From Azolla caroliniana (taxonomy: Eukaryota > Plantae > Polypodiophyta), in NCBI GenBank assembly GCA_043228905.1, contig JBHGNT010000021.1, positions 5,332,001-5,396,000 on the forward strand: 64,000 nt of DNA. Reading direction: 5' to 3'. Both the position numbers and the translations under genes were made by a program. Shown here piece after piece: positions 1-11,455 of the stretch (the stretch's first letter is position 1; each line of letters starts with the position of its first letter). The notes beneath the pieces were generated by a model. The model saw only the letters and a list, made by a program, of their open reading frames with translations. It did no database searches and was not told where the DNA came from.

Positions 1-36
1 AGCAATATTCAAAACATCACACCATTTTTTCGACAG

Positions 37-346
37 GGTGTTGCGAACCGTGGTGCATCCATTCGTGTTGGGAGGGACACGGAGAAGGAAGGGAAAGGTA
101 AGCCATACAAAGATTATGGTTATCTTACTGATGACCTTTATTAAGAAAAAATATTAGCTGCAATCTTCCAAATGATTGTTAAGTTGGATCACATATAAGT
201 TGAACATAAACTAGATGTATTGATAACATAGATTACCATATGAATGTAATATAGGTTACTTTGAGGATCGGAGGCCCGCAAGCAACATGGACCCTTACAT
301 TGTGACATCTATGATTGCGGAAACAACATTATTGTACAAGCCCTAA
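37..346 (+). CDS. GLN1: Glutamine synthetase (cytosolic GS1 type), last two exons 37-97 and 255-346; gene begins upstream of window
   Basis: Spliced (GT at 98, AG at 253-254) translation [50 protein letters not shown] matches plant GS C-terminus; no GS2 C-terminal extension. Confidence 0.95.
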
Positions 347-2246
347 AGGTGCAAAGTTTGTTCCCAATCGATTTGCTTTAGTTGACAACTTGATATAATG
401 GCACACATAGCTAGTCCTCATTCTTCCTTGGTGATGGGTATGGTATTAATTCAATGTTTTTTTGTTTCGTTTAGCTTATAGAATTCTATCATCTATCGAC
501 AGAGTGAAGGAAAAGGCTAAATATATAATAAGACAACTTGGTGAAGGAAGTTCCCCAAGCGTGCAACATCATAATGGGATTTTGTTTTCCCCTTTGGGGG
601 AAATCCCCTATTGTTCTATTTTTCTTTGATTGATCCCCAAATTTATGGACACAACAAAGCTGTAATCTATTTATAAGCAATTCATCCTTCTTCTTTTCTC
701 ATATTATGTGATTATGGCATGTATGAGTTTAAAAAAAATGCAATATATATTAGTTTATCTTTGCTTTTAAATTTATATAGTGAATATCAAAACCTATAAA
801 GTGATTGTGGTGTTTCTTAGTTGATTCGTCCACTTTTAAACCTTGATTATAAAAGAACCTCTTATCACACAAGTTTCCCAACACTTTGATATTTGTGAGC
901 ATGTTAACACAAAATGTGAATGTAATGAAATAAATATATTACGAGCACCTTGATGTATAGAGGCTTTGTTAAAGTATTCTAGGCCTATGTGTGCATGTAT
1001 GGTACTATACCTTGATGTTACAATAATCCTAATCTTCGAATTGGTAGGATATGAGTTTATTATACACACTCAAAAACTCTTATATCAATATTGACACCCA
1101 AATTTTATGAATAATCAAGTGGCTTGCAAGCTGTTCGGTGAACTTACTTTTCTCTTGTTTCTAATCTCTTTTGACTTTCTCAAAGATCTAAACATCCTCT
1201 GCCCTTTGGAAGATCTACCTAGTCATGTGAATCCTTTACCTAGACAACAATATTAAAAATATTTGATACAACCACTACTCACCGAAATCCTATAAGAATA
1301 ATTTGAGTGTCAAACAACTATTAGATTAGACAATGTGAACTCGTGAACATTGGGCTAGATTTACAGTCACTACATTGACACAAAAGCGTGTGAGCTTTTG
1401 GACAATTAAATATGACCCCAAGTCAAAGGGGAAAAACAAAGTTATTATCTCTTTTTTAAAGTGACGTTCAAGGTTCATTTCGTGTATTCCCCAATATGAA
1501 AAGTTGAATAATTTTCAAGAATTCTCTTCTAGAGCTTCCTCATATGTTGCATACTTTTCTACCACCAAGTTTATAACTCAAATTCAAATCTTTCAGTTAT
1601 GTAGGATAGGGGAAATTACACTAGTAAAGTTTGACATTTTTTAAACTTCCTCCTTGGGGTGGTAAAAAAATGAAGAATTTCTTGAGAATTGTGATTTGAA
1701 ATAAGCTCCACTAGCATCTAATTTGGTCCTTAGCATTCTCGAAGATCCAAACAACGATACATTCTTGCATTGGCATAGGCTCCAACTCATGCCATACACC
1801 ACCTACATCAACAATGACATTGACATTGCCATCATGAGACTTGAGGATGTTCGAGTGTGAATTGAATCCTGCTAGTCTCAATGCATCGCACGATGATGAT
1901 TTTTGCATTTGTGAATCTTATTAAAAAGATCAGTTATTGGTTAATTAGTTTTGGGAACTTGAATGATATTATTTATGTACTTAATTTTCGAAATTTTCCT
2001 TATCATTATCATTGGAGGAATAGTATAGTATACTCCCTTGTAACAATGTACACATAAACACGTTCACATGGATAATCTTGAAACTTGGGCGTTGACATGT
2101 AAAACACGTACATTATTGGAATACCTACATATCATAAAGCATTAAAGACTTCAAACTTATATATGCGTATATATTTATTATTGACACATTCCTACATAAT
2201 ATTTCTATTAATCTCTTCAAAGTTTGGGTACAAAGTTCAAATCCAA

Positions 2247-2249
<3 letters not shown>

Positions 2250-2295
<46 letters not shown>
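2250..2295. repeat. (CA)n microsatellite
   Basis: About 23 uninterrupted CA units. Confidence 0.95.
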
Positions 2296-2296
<1 letters not shown>

Positions 2297-2787
2297 CGAG
2301 AGTCCTTTTCTAAAGCTATTTGATTATAACTACTCTTATTAATCCTTTACAATTGCTCACATTCCTTGACCCCTCGGTATTATTTCTAACATGCGATTGC
2401 GGTCAATGAAACTCAACATGTCGCCGCGTCTAAAGCTCTTTACGATCTCTGAAGGGATTCAACTTAGGTTCCCTCAATGTTATGATTATCATATTACGAT
2501 GTATACTACCAAGCCAACAATCATGAGAACAAGAGGCAATGAACTATCAAATTTCATAAGCAAACCTACCGCCTCCATTTTTTCTAATAATTTAATCATC
2601 TCATCAACCGATTTGTCATACACTATACAATTTAAATTTGGGTGTAGATTAGTCAATTGACTCCATAACTCTCTTTGGTCTTTGTTTTGATTACAAATCC
2701 TCATGGGAGCTGAAAGAATGCATATAGTTCTCTTCAAAAAGAATTGAATGGATAGGTAGAACTAGATTAACTAAGGAACATAAAAAT

Positions 2788-3070
2788 GGGAAAAGTACCA
2801 GGATACCCTTGGAAGTTCGTCTATTTACCAGAATGCCCCTGAAAGTTCCAAATTTACCAAACTACCCCTATGTTCAAAAAATTACACTTTATAAAGTAAT
2901 TATACACTCAAATCTACAAGCCTTATATTACCAAAGATGGAAGAAATGGACCTGAACTAGCCCTATTTACCAAAGATTTGAGTGTATAATTACTTTATAA
3001 AGTGTAATTTTTTGGACATAGGGTAGTTTGGTAAATTTGGAACTTCCAAGGGTATCCTGGCACTTTTCCC
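2788..3070. mobile_element. Mutator-like MITE
   Basis: Long terminal inverted repeats GGGAAAAGTACCAGGATACCCTTGGAAGTTC...GAACTTCCAAGGGTATCCTGGCACTTTTCCC; 9-bp flanks CATAAAAAT/TATAAAAAT; non-coding. Confidence 0.85.
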
Positions 3071-4057
3071 TATAAAAATATCATTTCATAGTAACATGCT
3101 AATGTTGTAAAGATAAACATGGACATCATGCTTGAAAGGCCGCAAATAAAATTGAGCTCAAAACATTTGTGTACATACTAACTCCACATTGAGAATGATA
3201 GTATGTTATGATAAGACAATACCACGAACATGATGCATGAAAATAAGGCAAGTCTCCAAACTGCAACCGGAAGTATAACTCGATCATCGTCGACACATAA
3301 ATATCAAAATAATGGGTTCTTTCTCAGATTCTTGTCAATGGCCAAGACAAATTCAAACATGTACAATGTTAGTGACCCTCTAATGTCATCATTAATCTGT
3401 GTGTGTTCAAGCAATAATGTTTGTTCCCAAGTTTTGTAATTGGAGCTTTGTAGAGGAAAATAACAATGGGGGGACAAAGCTTTACACAACAATTAATTGT
3501 TGTTCAACATGACAACCAATTAGACGATTTAGACATACAAGAGTGCCCATATTTTAAAATTTGAGCACACAAGACTTGTAAAATGTCCCAATTTGTACAA
3601 TCAAGAACACTTCTAGTTTTAGCTCCAAATTGTTAAGTCAAGACTTTAATTCTATATGGAATTTAGAAAAACCCAAACTTATTAGTATACATCTCTATGA
3701 TCTCCCTTCAACCCGAGAATTGCTTATATAAGTGGCCCTAACTTATGTTTTGAAACTCACATCCCTTAATGATGGGGTCAAATTCCAAATTTCTTGACTT
3801 AAGGGTAGTTATGATATTTAAAAAAATAATTGTGTATTAAGCCTGAAGGGTAGTTTTTGCACTACAAAATAATTTGAATGTTAGTGTAAGTAAGGGGGGG
3901 GGGGGAGCAAAACCCTTGTGCCCCTTCATATATTTGTGTACAAATGTCCACCTTGCTATTTCTACGATCAAATGGAGACTCTTGTATCCCAATGATCAAA
4001 TGGAGAGTTGTATCCCTACCAAGGGATCGATGACATCGGAAAGACTTGGAGGGCGAT

Positions 4058-5119
4058 CTATATAGTCTTTTCCGAGGAGATGGGCCTGTTGGTCTTTGTC
4101 TCGTGGGCGATCCATCGGAGGAGGCGGGTGGCGTTGCACTTGGATGAGGAGTCCGCGCCGACCTGGAGAATGAGTACGAGCTTGGCGGGGATGGAGGCGG
4201 CAGCGGAGGAGGAGACGCAAGCGCGGAAGGACGGGGAGGAGCGGAAGAGGGACGCGAGGACGGAGAGCGCGGAGGAGGTGGTGGAGGGGGAGACGCGGAG
4301 GAGGCGCTTGGCCACCGCGTTGGCCACCACGGCCGGCGGGTGGGCAGACAATGCGCGGGAGCATGGGCCCGAAGGCTCTGGCTTCTCCTCGGGCTCCTCC
4401 GAGGGATCGGGATCTGCCGGATCCCGCTCCGGCTCCGTGAGGAGCAATGTGTCCAAGAGGTGCAATGCCTTCGACTCCCACGTGACCGTATCTTTCATCA
4501 TGATTGCTCCATCGAGGAGACCCCCGATATTGTCCGAGATCCCGAGGCCACTCCCCGAGCTGGATCCGATGCTATTGATCCCCACGATGCCCGCACCGCC
4601 ACCACCTGTGTCATTCTTGGAATTAGTGCTTGTGATGGTGTTCGTGTTCGTGGTGCCGGCGGCCGACATGGTGACCAAGAGGTCGAGTGTGAACTCGACG
4701 GCGCCCGCGTCCACGCACCGCTTGATTACGTCGGGATTGGTGGTGGGGCGGTTGGTTCTCGGGGGGGATCCGTGCTTCTTGGCGGCATTCTTCGGGAGGG
4801 TTCTACCGCCCCCCTCGGTGCAGCAAGACACGAGGGAGTCGAGCACCGACTCGAGCATGGCGGTCGAGGATTTGGCGGTACCCGTACCCGTACAGCATAG
4901 CAAGATGGGGCGGTACTCGGGGCTTAGCAATGCCACCACATCTTCTACGATCCCCGGGAACGCGCCCACGTGGTGATGGCCCCGGGATTCCGCGGCCTCG
5001 GCCGCTCTTCGTGTGGTGGTCGTGTTTTTGCCGCCACTGCCGCTACGGTATTCATCCCTTAGAATTCCCTTCGAATGCTCGTAATGATAAGAAGGCCTCG
5101 CAACATCGGCCAAAGACAT
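4058..5119 (-). CDS. Intronless ARM-repeat protein related to the C-terminus of CMPG1/PUB20-26-type plant U-box proteins, with no recognisable U-box
   Basis: GC-rich ORF from ATG 5119 (MSLADV..., 353 aa); C-terminal VAKRLLRVSPSTTSSALSVL...KLVLILQVGADSSSKCNATRLLRW resembles PUB ARM tail. Confidence 0.7.
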   Translation of the reverse strand: MSLADVARPSYHYEHSKGILRDEYRSGSGGKNTTTTRRAAEAAESRGHHHVGAFPGIVEDVVALLSPEYRPILLCCTGTGTAKSSTAMLESVLDSLVSCCTEGGGRTLPKNAAKKHGSPPRTNRPTTNPDVIKRCVDAGAVEFTLDLLVTMSAAGTTNTNTITSTNSKNDTGGGGAGIVGINSIGSSSGSGLGISDNIGGLLDGAIMMKDTVTWESKALHLLDTLLLTEPERDPADPDPSEEPEEKPEPSGPCSRALSAHPPAVVANAVAKRLLRVSPSTTSSALSVLASLFRSSPSFRACVSSSAAASIPAKLVLILQVGADSSSKCNATRLLRWIAHETKTNRPISSEKTI

Positions 5120-5745
5120 TAAGAAAAAATGAAGCAGAAAAGATTGAATCTTCTTCAGGCTAGAAAAGAGAATGAATATCTGATGTATTAATCTACACAC
5201 AGATCTCTCTCTCTCTTGGAAATTTTATCCTTCCTTGATTCCTGTATATACTATTCAAAGTATTGCTAATGCTGTTCTTAATGATACTAATTACTCCTTA
5301 ATGATTGCTACTTGCTAATGATTGTCTTTACAACTTATATATTACTCCTTAATGATGATTTGCGAATTGCTAATGACTGTCTTAACACTAATTGCCAAAT
5401 GATTGTCTTAATCTTGAGGAGGCGATTCAAGGATGGGGGGTATTTATGAGAAACAGGAATTTCCTTTTCTGTTCTTCTTCTTCTTAGGAGCGTGTCAAAA
5501 GGGTGTCGGCAGAAAAGAGTCAAAGATCCTGACTTTTTCTTTTCTACAATTTCTCTCTTTTTAAAATTTTTTTTTTGGGATTTGCAGAGAACCAGTTGTG
5601 CAGCACAGAGACAGGCTTGACCGAGTAAATCAGAGAGGAAAGTGAAGGGAAGAAGAACATGAAGATCCCTCCCCCAATCCATTTGTCTGTGTGTGTCTGT
5701 TTTTCTTTGAATTCCATGGAACCACCACCACTTTACATACCCTAC

Positions 5746-6136
5746 TGAACTTGACTTGACTTGACTTGACTGACCTACCCGTGCCGGTTTAATCTTGACC
5801 GTGAATTACAACTTCGAACCGTTTCCTGTGGTGAAGTCCGGTTCGGTCACCGGACAAAAAGAAAAAGAAAAAAACGCTTGACCCTCTCGACTGACTTGAC
5901 CGACTTACCCTTTCTGGTTAATGGTACCATCGACACACAACTTCGAACCGTTTCCTAAAGTCCGGTTCATTCACCGGACAAAAAGAAGAAGAAGAAAAAC
6001 ACTTGACCCTCGACTGACTGTGACTGTCTTGACCAACCTACACTTTTTGGTTAATGTTGCCTACAAATTACAAGTTTGAACGGTTTCTTGAAGTCGGTTT
6101 CGGTCACCGTTCACAAAAACAATGTCCAACCCTCGA
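5746..6136 (-). promoter_or_regulatory. Three diverged ~125-bp tandem repeats rich in W-boxes (TTGACY) upstream of the ARM gene
   Basis: TTGACT x4 at 5751-5771 plus TTGACC near 5795, 5878, 5897, 6003, 6029; repeated unit CAACTTCGAACCGTTTCCT...GTCCGGTTC...CACCGGACAAAAA. Confidence 0.6.
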
Positions 6137-7787
6137 TACATCACACACACATGATTTTGAGTGTCTTTGTCAAAAGTTCACACATATGTGCACACTTTCG
6201 GGTATCTTGCGTGGGGCAGTGCTGTCCCCCCCCTCTCATTATCTCTAGCCTCTAGATATACATATATGCTCTCCAACCCCATTATCTCTATCTAGCCTCG
6301 ATGATACAATATGCTCGCAACCGCTTTTTGAAACTCTAGTATATTTCTTATTTTCGGTTACATTCATTGTTCAATTGATCTCGATGTATAAATTCCTGAT
6401 GTGAACGACTGGCGTTTGAAGTTGTCCCGTCGACCTAGGTCAATGGAGTGGGGGTTATAATAGAGTAGATGGTGAAGTCATGCAAAAACCTATGTACAAA
6501 TATAGACAAATGTACATAGAGATGGCATTGTGATCGTCAAAGTGATACGCAGAGGGAACGACTACCTTGGTCACTTAAAATGCCAAAAAGGGCTACAGTA
6601 ACCATCTTTTAATTTTGTGCATATAAGATTTATGGTATGTGTGTATGTTATTTTGTCAAGTGATAAACGAAGGGAACAACCACCTTGGTCACTTAAAATG
6701 GCAAAACCATCTTTTAATTTTGTGCATATAAGATTTATGGTATGTGTCTATGTTGGGATGATTATATACATGTAAGATCATGTCAATTATATACATGTTG
6801 GGATGATTATATACACATGCTTGTACAATTATGCATGGAAGATGGTGACACTATGTATGTACAAGCCCGCGTATGTATGTTTGTACACACTGTGCATGTG
6901 CATATGCATATATATGTTTTAACACTTGTGTTTATTTATTTGGTGTGTCATGAAACTGCGTGTGCATGTAAATGTTGAGTGGGACCATTGGTTGATTAAC
7001 TTAACTAGGGATCAAGATGACGATGTAGACAAAGGGTTACATGAGATGATGCATTTCATGGAATTCTTTTGTGAATGTCTTCCCTTAAATCTATTTCACA
7101 TAAACTCTGTTTCATTTATAGCCTTTTGTGTAAATCTCTTTGTTAAAAATTGTATCGTGACTTCTTCATGAAGACTGTTCGGGTAATTCCTTTATGGAAA
7201 ACCTTCATGCATTTGGAGTTAACCGAAAATTCTTCAGGTAAAACGTTATTGGAAAAGGCTTCATGTAAAATTGTCAAATCAAGGTGTTCATAACAAGTAC
7301 ACGTCTAACACGTTCGCATTCAGAAGTGGAAGGATCATGCATTCCAATTTTAGAATCCTTCTACAATTATGCAATTTCAGGCTATATACAATAACTTGAT
7401 ACACCAGTATCACATGTGATTCAAACTAGATAAAATCCTCAAAATTTAATAACATTTAACAAGTTGTTGAAATTAAACTGAATGTGGAATGATTAATTTT
7501 AACTTTGATGTTTTTAGGAACCAAATGTTTTTGAGCAACAACATCACAAATGAGTTATTAATTCAAGAAGTTGGTTGAAATCTATAACATGTAGTTTCTA
7601 GAACATTTATGAAGTTGATGAATTTAAAAGACCAAATGCAATTAATCTAATGACAATCAAACATTTGGGCATTTGAGACATGGTAAAATTTCTTCAATTC
7701 ACTATTAAATTAGGAAACTTTTTGGAAAAGAAAGTATGTCAATTATGCCTAAATATAAAATATAGTCAAATCCCAACATATGAACAT

Positions 7788-9436
7788 GGAATGCGCTATT
7801 TGCCCCCCCTAAATACCGCCCCCTCATTTTGGCTAACCCCCCATTTTGGCATCTCAAAATGTCATGACAACATGGGACACCAAAACTTGATTGAAACAAC
7901 CCCGTACATTCATCACCATAATCGTGGTCAATAACTTTCTTGTATTGCTCCAGTAACTTGTCTAATGCGTGTTTGGATATCTTCTTTACTAGCGGCCTCA
8001 TGAACTCGAGTCCATGTCGATGTGCTTGTGTAGACTTGTCAGACTCCATTTTGGTGTTCAATTATGTTAGTTGTGTGTCCAGTAGTAAACGAATTTTCTT
8101 GAATACAGTGAGCAGATTGTTATTTACAATGCCTAAAATCCTCTTGACGACATAATGGTTGCCTTCACTGCGAGAGGTGCTTGTCATTCCAAAGTGGGGG
8201 AAGCGACCAATCCAATAATGTACGATCTTGTCTTTGTGAATCAGCCAAGTCTCGTATACATATTGCACCCGCACATCATGACTTGGTCACCATTTTGTTT
8301 GAAACGTGGCCTAGTTAGCTTCAAAATCTAGCTCGTTGGAAGAGTATAGAAGCTGGTTCCAGTTGTCCATATAGGCGTTTGTGTCGTTGGTGCTTGCAAA
8401 CTTCATCGTTGCATAGGCCAGAACGTTTTTGTTGACATGCCAGATGCAAAGCAAATTCTTTGTAGAAGGCAACACGATAGCAATTGTAGTCATCAAGGCA
8501 AGGCCAAACATACATGGGTTCCGTCTTGTTGCATATGAACGCAAATCCAACATTGACGTGCTATTTGTGGCCATAATTCCAATGATGTTGAGCAACTGCC
8601 TGCCAAATCCATTTGTTTTGAAGGTGTAGTCCATGACAAATACCACATTGAACCGTTTGGCAAAATCTGCCGACTTTTGATGACAAAAGAAAAGGCCACT
8701 GATTGAGCCGTTCGAGTTCACCTTGACATTGAAGATAAAGTCGCTAGTGTAGATCTCATCGTAAAATGCTTGAATTGACGAGCGCTCGTCAAGAAACTTG
8801 GCTCATGCAACCACTTTTTCGTTGTAGATTTCTTTCCTGGTGGTCCATTGATTTCCGGTTTTTTCTCTCAAGTAGGCCAAAGTTGAAGCTGCACCAGTTC
8901 CAACATTTGCCATGTCTCGAACAATGCCTTTTTCTGTTTTAGTTAGTCTATGAGCCATTTATATACCACCGAGATTGTCAGAAATAGGATGGTTGTGCAC
9001 AATAACTGCCTTTTTAATAGTCCATTGTCCCATTTTCTTCGAGAAGTTTGCTCTAACGAAGAATGGGCAGTCAATTAGACGAGTCCCCGTTTGTCTTTTG
9101 CGAGTATCATTAGTCAAGCCTAGAGGGTTGCGATATTTTCCCCCATAGTAGCACTTGAAAGTGACTTTTCTATTGTCGCTATGCTTATCCACTACAACGA
9201 TGATATTCTGAGCATGGAAATGGTCCTTGATAAAACTAATTAGAGCCCCTCTCTCGATGAAGGTTCTATCGATAATTGAAGTTGAAGACGGTTGGGGAGA
9301 CATGTTTCGCGGGGAGCCAAAATGGCGTGATAGCTATGCTCGGCTGAGAACTAACATGAGAACTACCAGAAATTTGGGGGGGGGGGGGGGGGGGGGGGCG
9401 CAAATAGCCAAAATGGGGGGGTAAATAGCGCATTCC
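7788..9436 (-). mobile_element. Mutator-like element (MULE), 1.65 kb
   Basis: TIRs GGAATGCGCTATTTGCCCCCC / GGGGGGTAAATAGCGCATTCC; 8-bp TSD ATGAACAT (7780-7787, 9437-9444). Confidence 0.9.
7850..9303 (-). pseudogene. MULE transposase, disrupted
   Basis: Fragments: C..GG...TRLIDCPF...W....HNHP (FAR1/WRKY-GCM1-like), MDYTFKTN, LLCIWHVNKN, TSTSRSEGNH, C.G.F....GVPCCH; stops and frameshifts. Confidence 0.85.
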
Positions 9437-10067
9437 ATGAACATGATATACACATTTGATAACTAGGTTCAAGAATCGTGGTGCATTTTAGGTACTAGCT
9501 TTTGAATTGTTTTTTGTTGTATTCGATTTTCTATTGGAGGATGTAATCCGTGGTGATTATATGCCACCAGTTTAGAGTCCCTAGATTAAACTTGTGGTTA
9601 GTTCCGCAAGTTCACATTTACATGTTCTTCAACGTGTGTGTCATAAACATTTGGGTATAAAAAATTCTCTGAAATGAAGCGATACATTAATCTGCTCAGT
9701 GAAAACAATAATAGTTCCAATTAAAGTAAGATGTGCCCTAAAGTAAACATAATCTACATCCAACTGTATCAAACACGTAATAATTACATTTAAATGCGTT
9801 AACAACACTGCAACTGTATCAAACTACGAATCATATTCGTACACTATAACATTGAAATGCATAAGGTAGCCACGCTAATAAAAATGTATTCTTCCTTCTA
9901 AAATAAAACTTTAGACAAACAATGAAACTTACAATTAAAATGTAAAAGATAGGAACGATTAAAAGGAAGAAACTTATAAAGAAAAAAATCTAGCATTATT
10001 ATAACGAGAATGATTATACAAGAATGTTTATATATGGTTTAGGGATATGTAGGGCTATTATAAATTT

Positions 10068-10511
10068 CTACATGTCAATAAGGGTGTCTTCTTTGTTTTC
10101 CTCATCGTCCTTTTCATGACTCTCATCCAAATCCTATGCATAGATATCCATTCAAGATAGGCTGGCTATTGTGGGGTACCCACCTCAGCCAATCTAGTTC
10201 TATAAGCTCCCCAAGGTCACCAACCAATCGAGGAAAAGGCTCACGAGAATCAATTTGGAAACGTTCAGTATCTGTGATGTGCTTTGCCCCAACCTCCTTG
10301 TCCTGATCTGGGCATTCCCATAACGCTTTAATCCTCATGTTAATGAATCTTAGTTCCTCTTCGTCCTTCTCCAATGTAGTACCTAGTACCAAATAATAAA
10401 AAAGAATGTCTTAGCCTCATGGGAAGATTTTCATTTTGTAGAGCACAATAAACATAGATAAAAAAACATACCTGTGCAAGAGAATAGATCACATATCTAA
10501 TCACCTTCGCT
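10068..10511 (-). pseudogene. N4-C/N6-A DNA methyltransferase-like 3' fragment (copy 3)
   Basis: SEGD*ICDLFSCTG / GT-AG intron 10471-10383 / TTLEKDEEELRFINMRIKALWECPDQD...acidic tail IDM*; homologous to 28300-28812. Confidence 0.75.
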
Positions 10512-10771
10512 TGACAAGATGGGATATAGAATGATATTTGAAGGAATGAAAGAAACTTATAATTATTTGATGAATGAGTTACAAAATGATTGCGAGCATC
10601 ATTGAACCTTCGAGCTTTGTCTCACAAGGTAATCGCTCTTCTCTTTCTTGATGGTAGACCATAGTCTTGCCTTCAATCTCTCGACAAGTATATGACTTGA
10701 ACCGCCGCCCTTCCGTTGCGAGTTGAGGAGCACCACTACCAAGCTAGTTCTTCTTTTCTCTTTTAAGAGTA

Positions 10772-10802
<31 letters not shown>

Positions 10803-11415
10803 ATTACAATATATCTTTCTCTAGATCCAATATAATCATTTCCATCTTATTTCTTGGTTCCCTTTGTTTATACTTCCTTCTCCTTTTATAGGGAAGAGAT
10901 GGTTCTACATGTGGGCCATGTGGCACACATGCAAAGAGGCTCTTGCATGTGTGCTATATGGTGCACGTGTAGCACGTTTGATGGTTTAAACCATATAATA
11001 GTAGTTAAAATGAAAACAAAACAACATTTTTATGTACATTATAAGTGTAGGCTAAATGGTAAGGTTTGAATGTCATAAGGTTGAGGTTGTTGGTTCAATT
11101 CCTCTATTGCTCATGTAATTTTGTGCATGTATTATATTCCATGGTTTAGACTATAAAATACTACTTCAAATCATATATTATTTTGTAAATTATTAGTATA
11201 GGCTAAATGGTAACCTTTGAGTGTCATAAGGTAGGGTTTATTAGTTCAAGTCCTCTCTAGTCCATGTAGTATAATAGATATATATATATTTGTCTCTACA
11301 TACAATGTATAATATTATTATAGTATGTTATTAACATTATAAAGGTTTATTTTATTTTCATTAGGTATTTATCTTATTGTAGACTTTTAATATGAAGCTT
11401 TTGTACTTCACGACA
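10512..11415 (-). mobile_element. LTR sequence (family X left boundary at 10512; right end abuts the PPT of a minus-strand gypsy)
   Basis: 10512-11197 repeated at 29901-30574 with the same TG start; minus-strand TATA near 10890; CACGACA at 11409-11415 followed by reverse-complement PPT TCCACCCCCTC. May be two fused LTRs. Confidence 0.6.
11041..11264 (+). other. Two tandem tRNA-like (tRNA-Met-like) modules inside LTR X (11041-11113, 11192-11264)
   Basis: A-box-like TAGGCTAAATGG, TCATAA loop, B-box-like GGTTCAATTCC / AGTTCAAGTCC at tRNA spacing; stems degenerate. Confidence 0.5.
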
Positions 11416-11455
11416 TCCACCCCCTCTAGACCTGCACATCCTCCAGCATGTGCCA

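Larger units (their letters stand above)
7307..10511 (-). mobile_element. Truncated copy (copy 3) of the Sola1-like/methyltransferase DNA transposon: right TIR plus MTase 3' end, interrupted by a MULE
   Basis: AACACGTTCGCATTCAGAAGTGGAAGGAT at 7307-7335 and adjacent sequence match the right end at 29790-29899 in reverse; MTase homolog on minus strand at 10068-10511. Confidence 0.7.

Noticed and set aside
2056-2068. Additional Sola-like TIR (AACACGTTCACA)
   Set aside because: Match is only ~11 nt with no AAGTGGAAGGAT core
4008-4976. 322-aa plus-strand ORF
   Set aside because: Antisense shadow of the GC-rich ARM gene; no recognisable motifs
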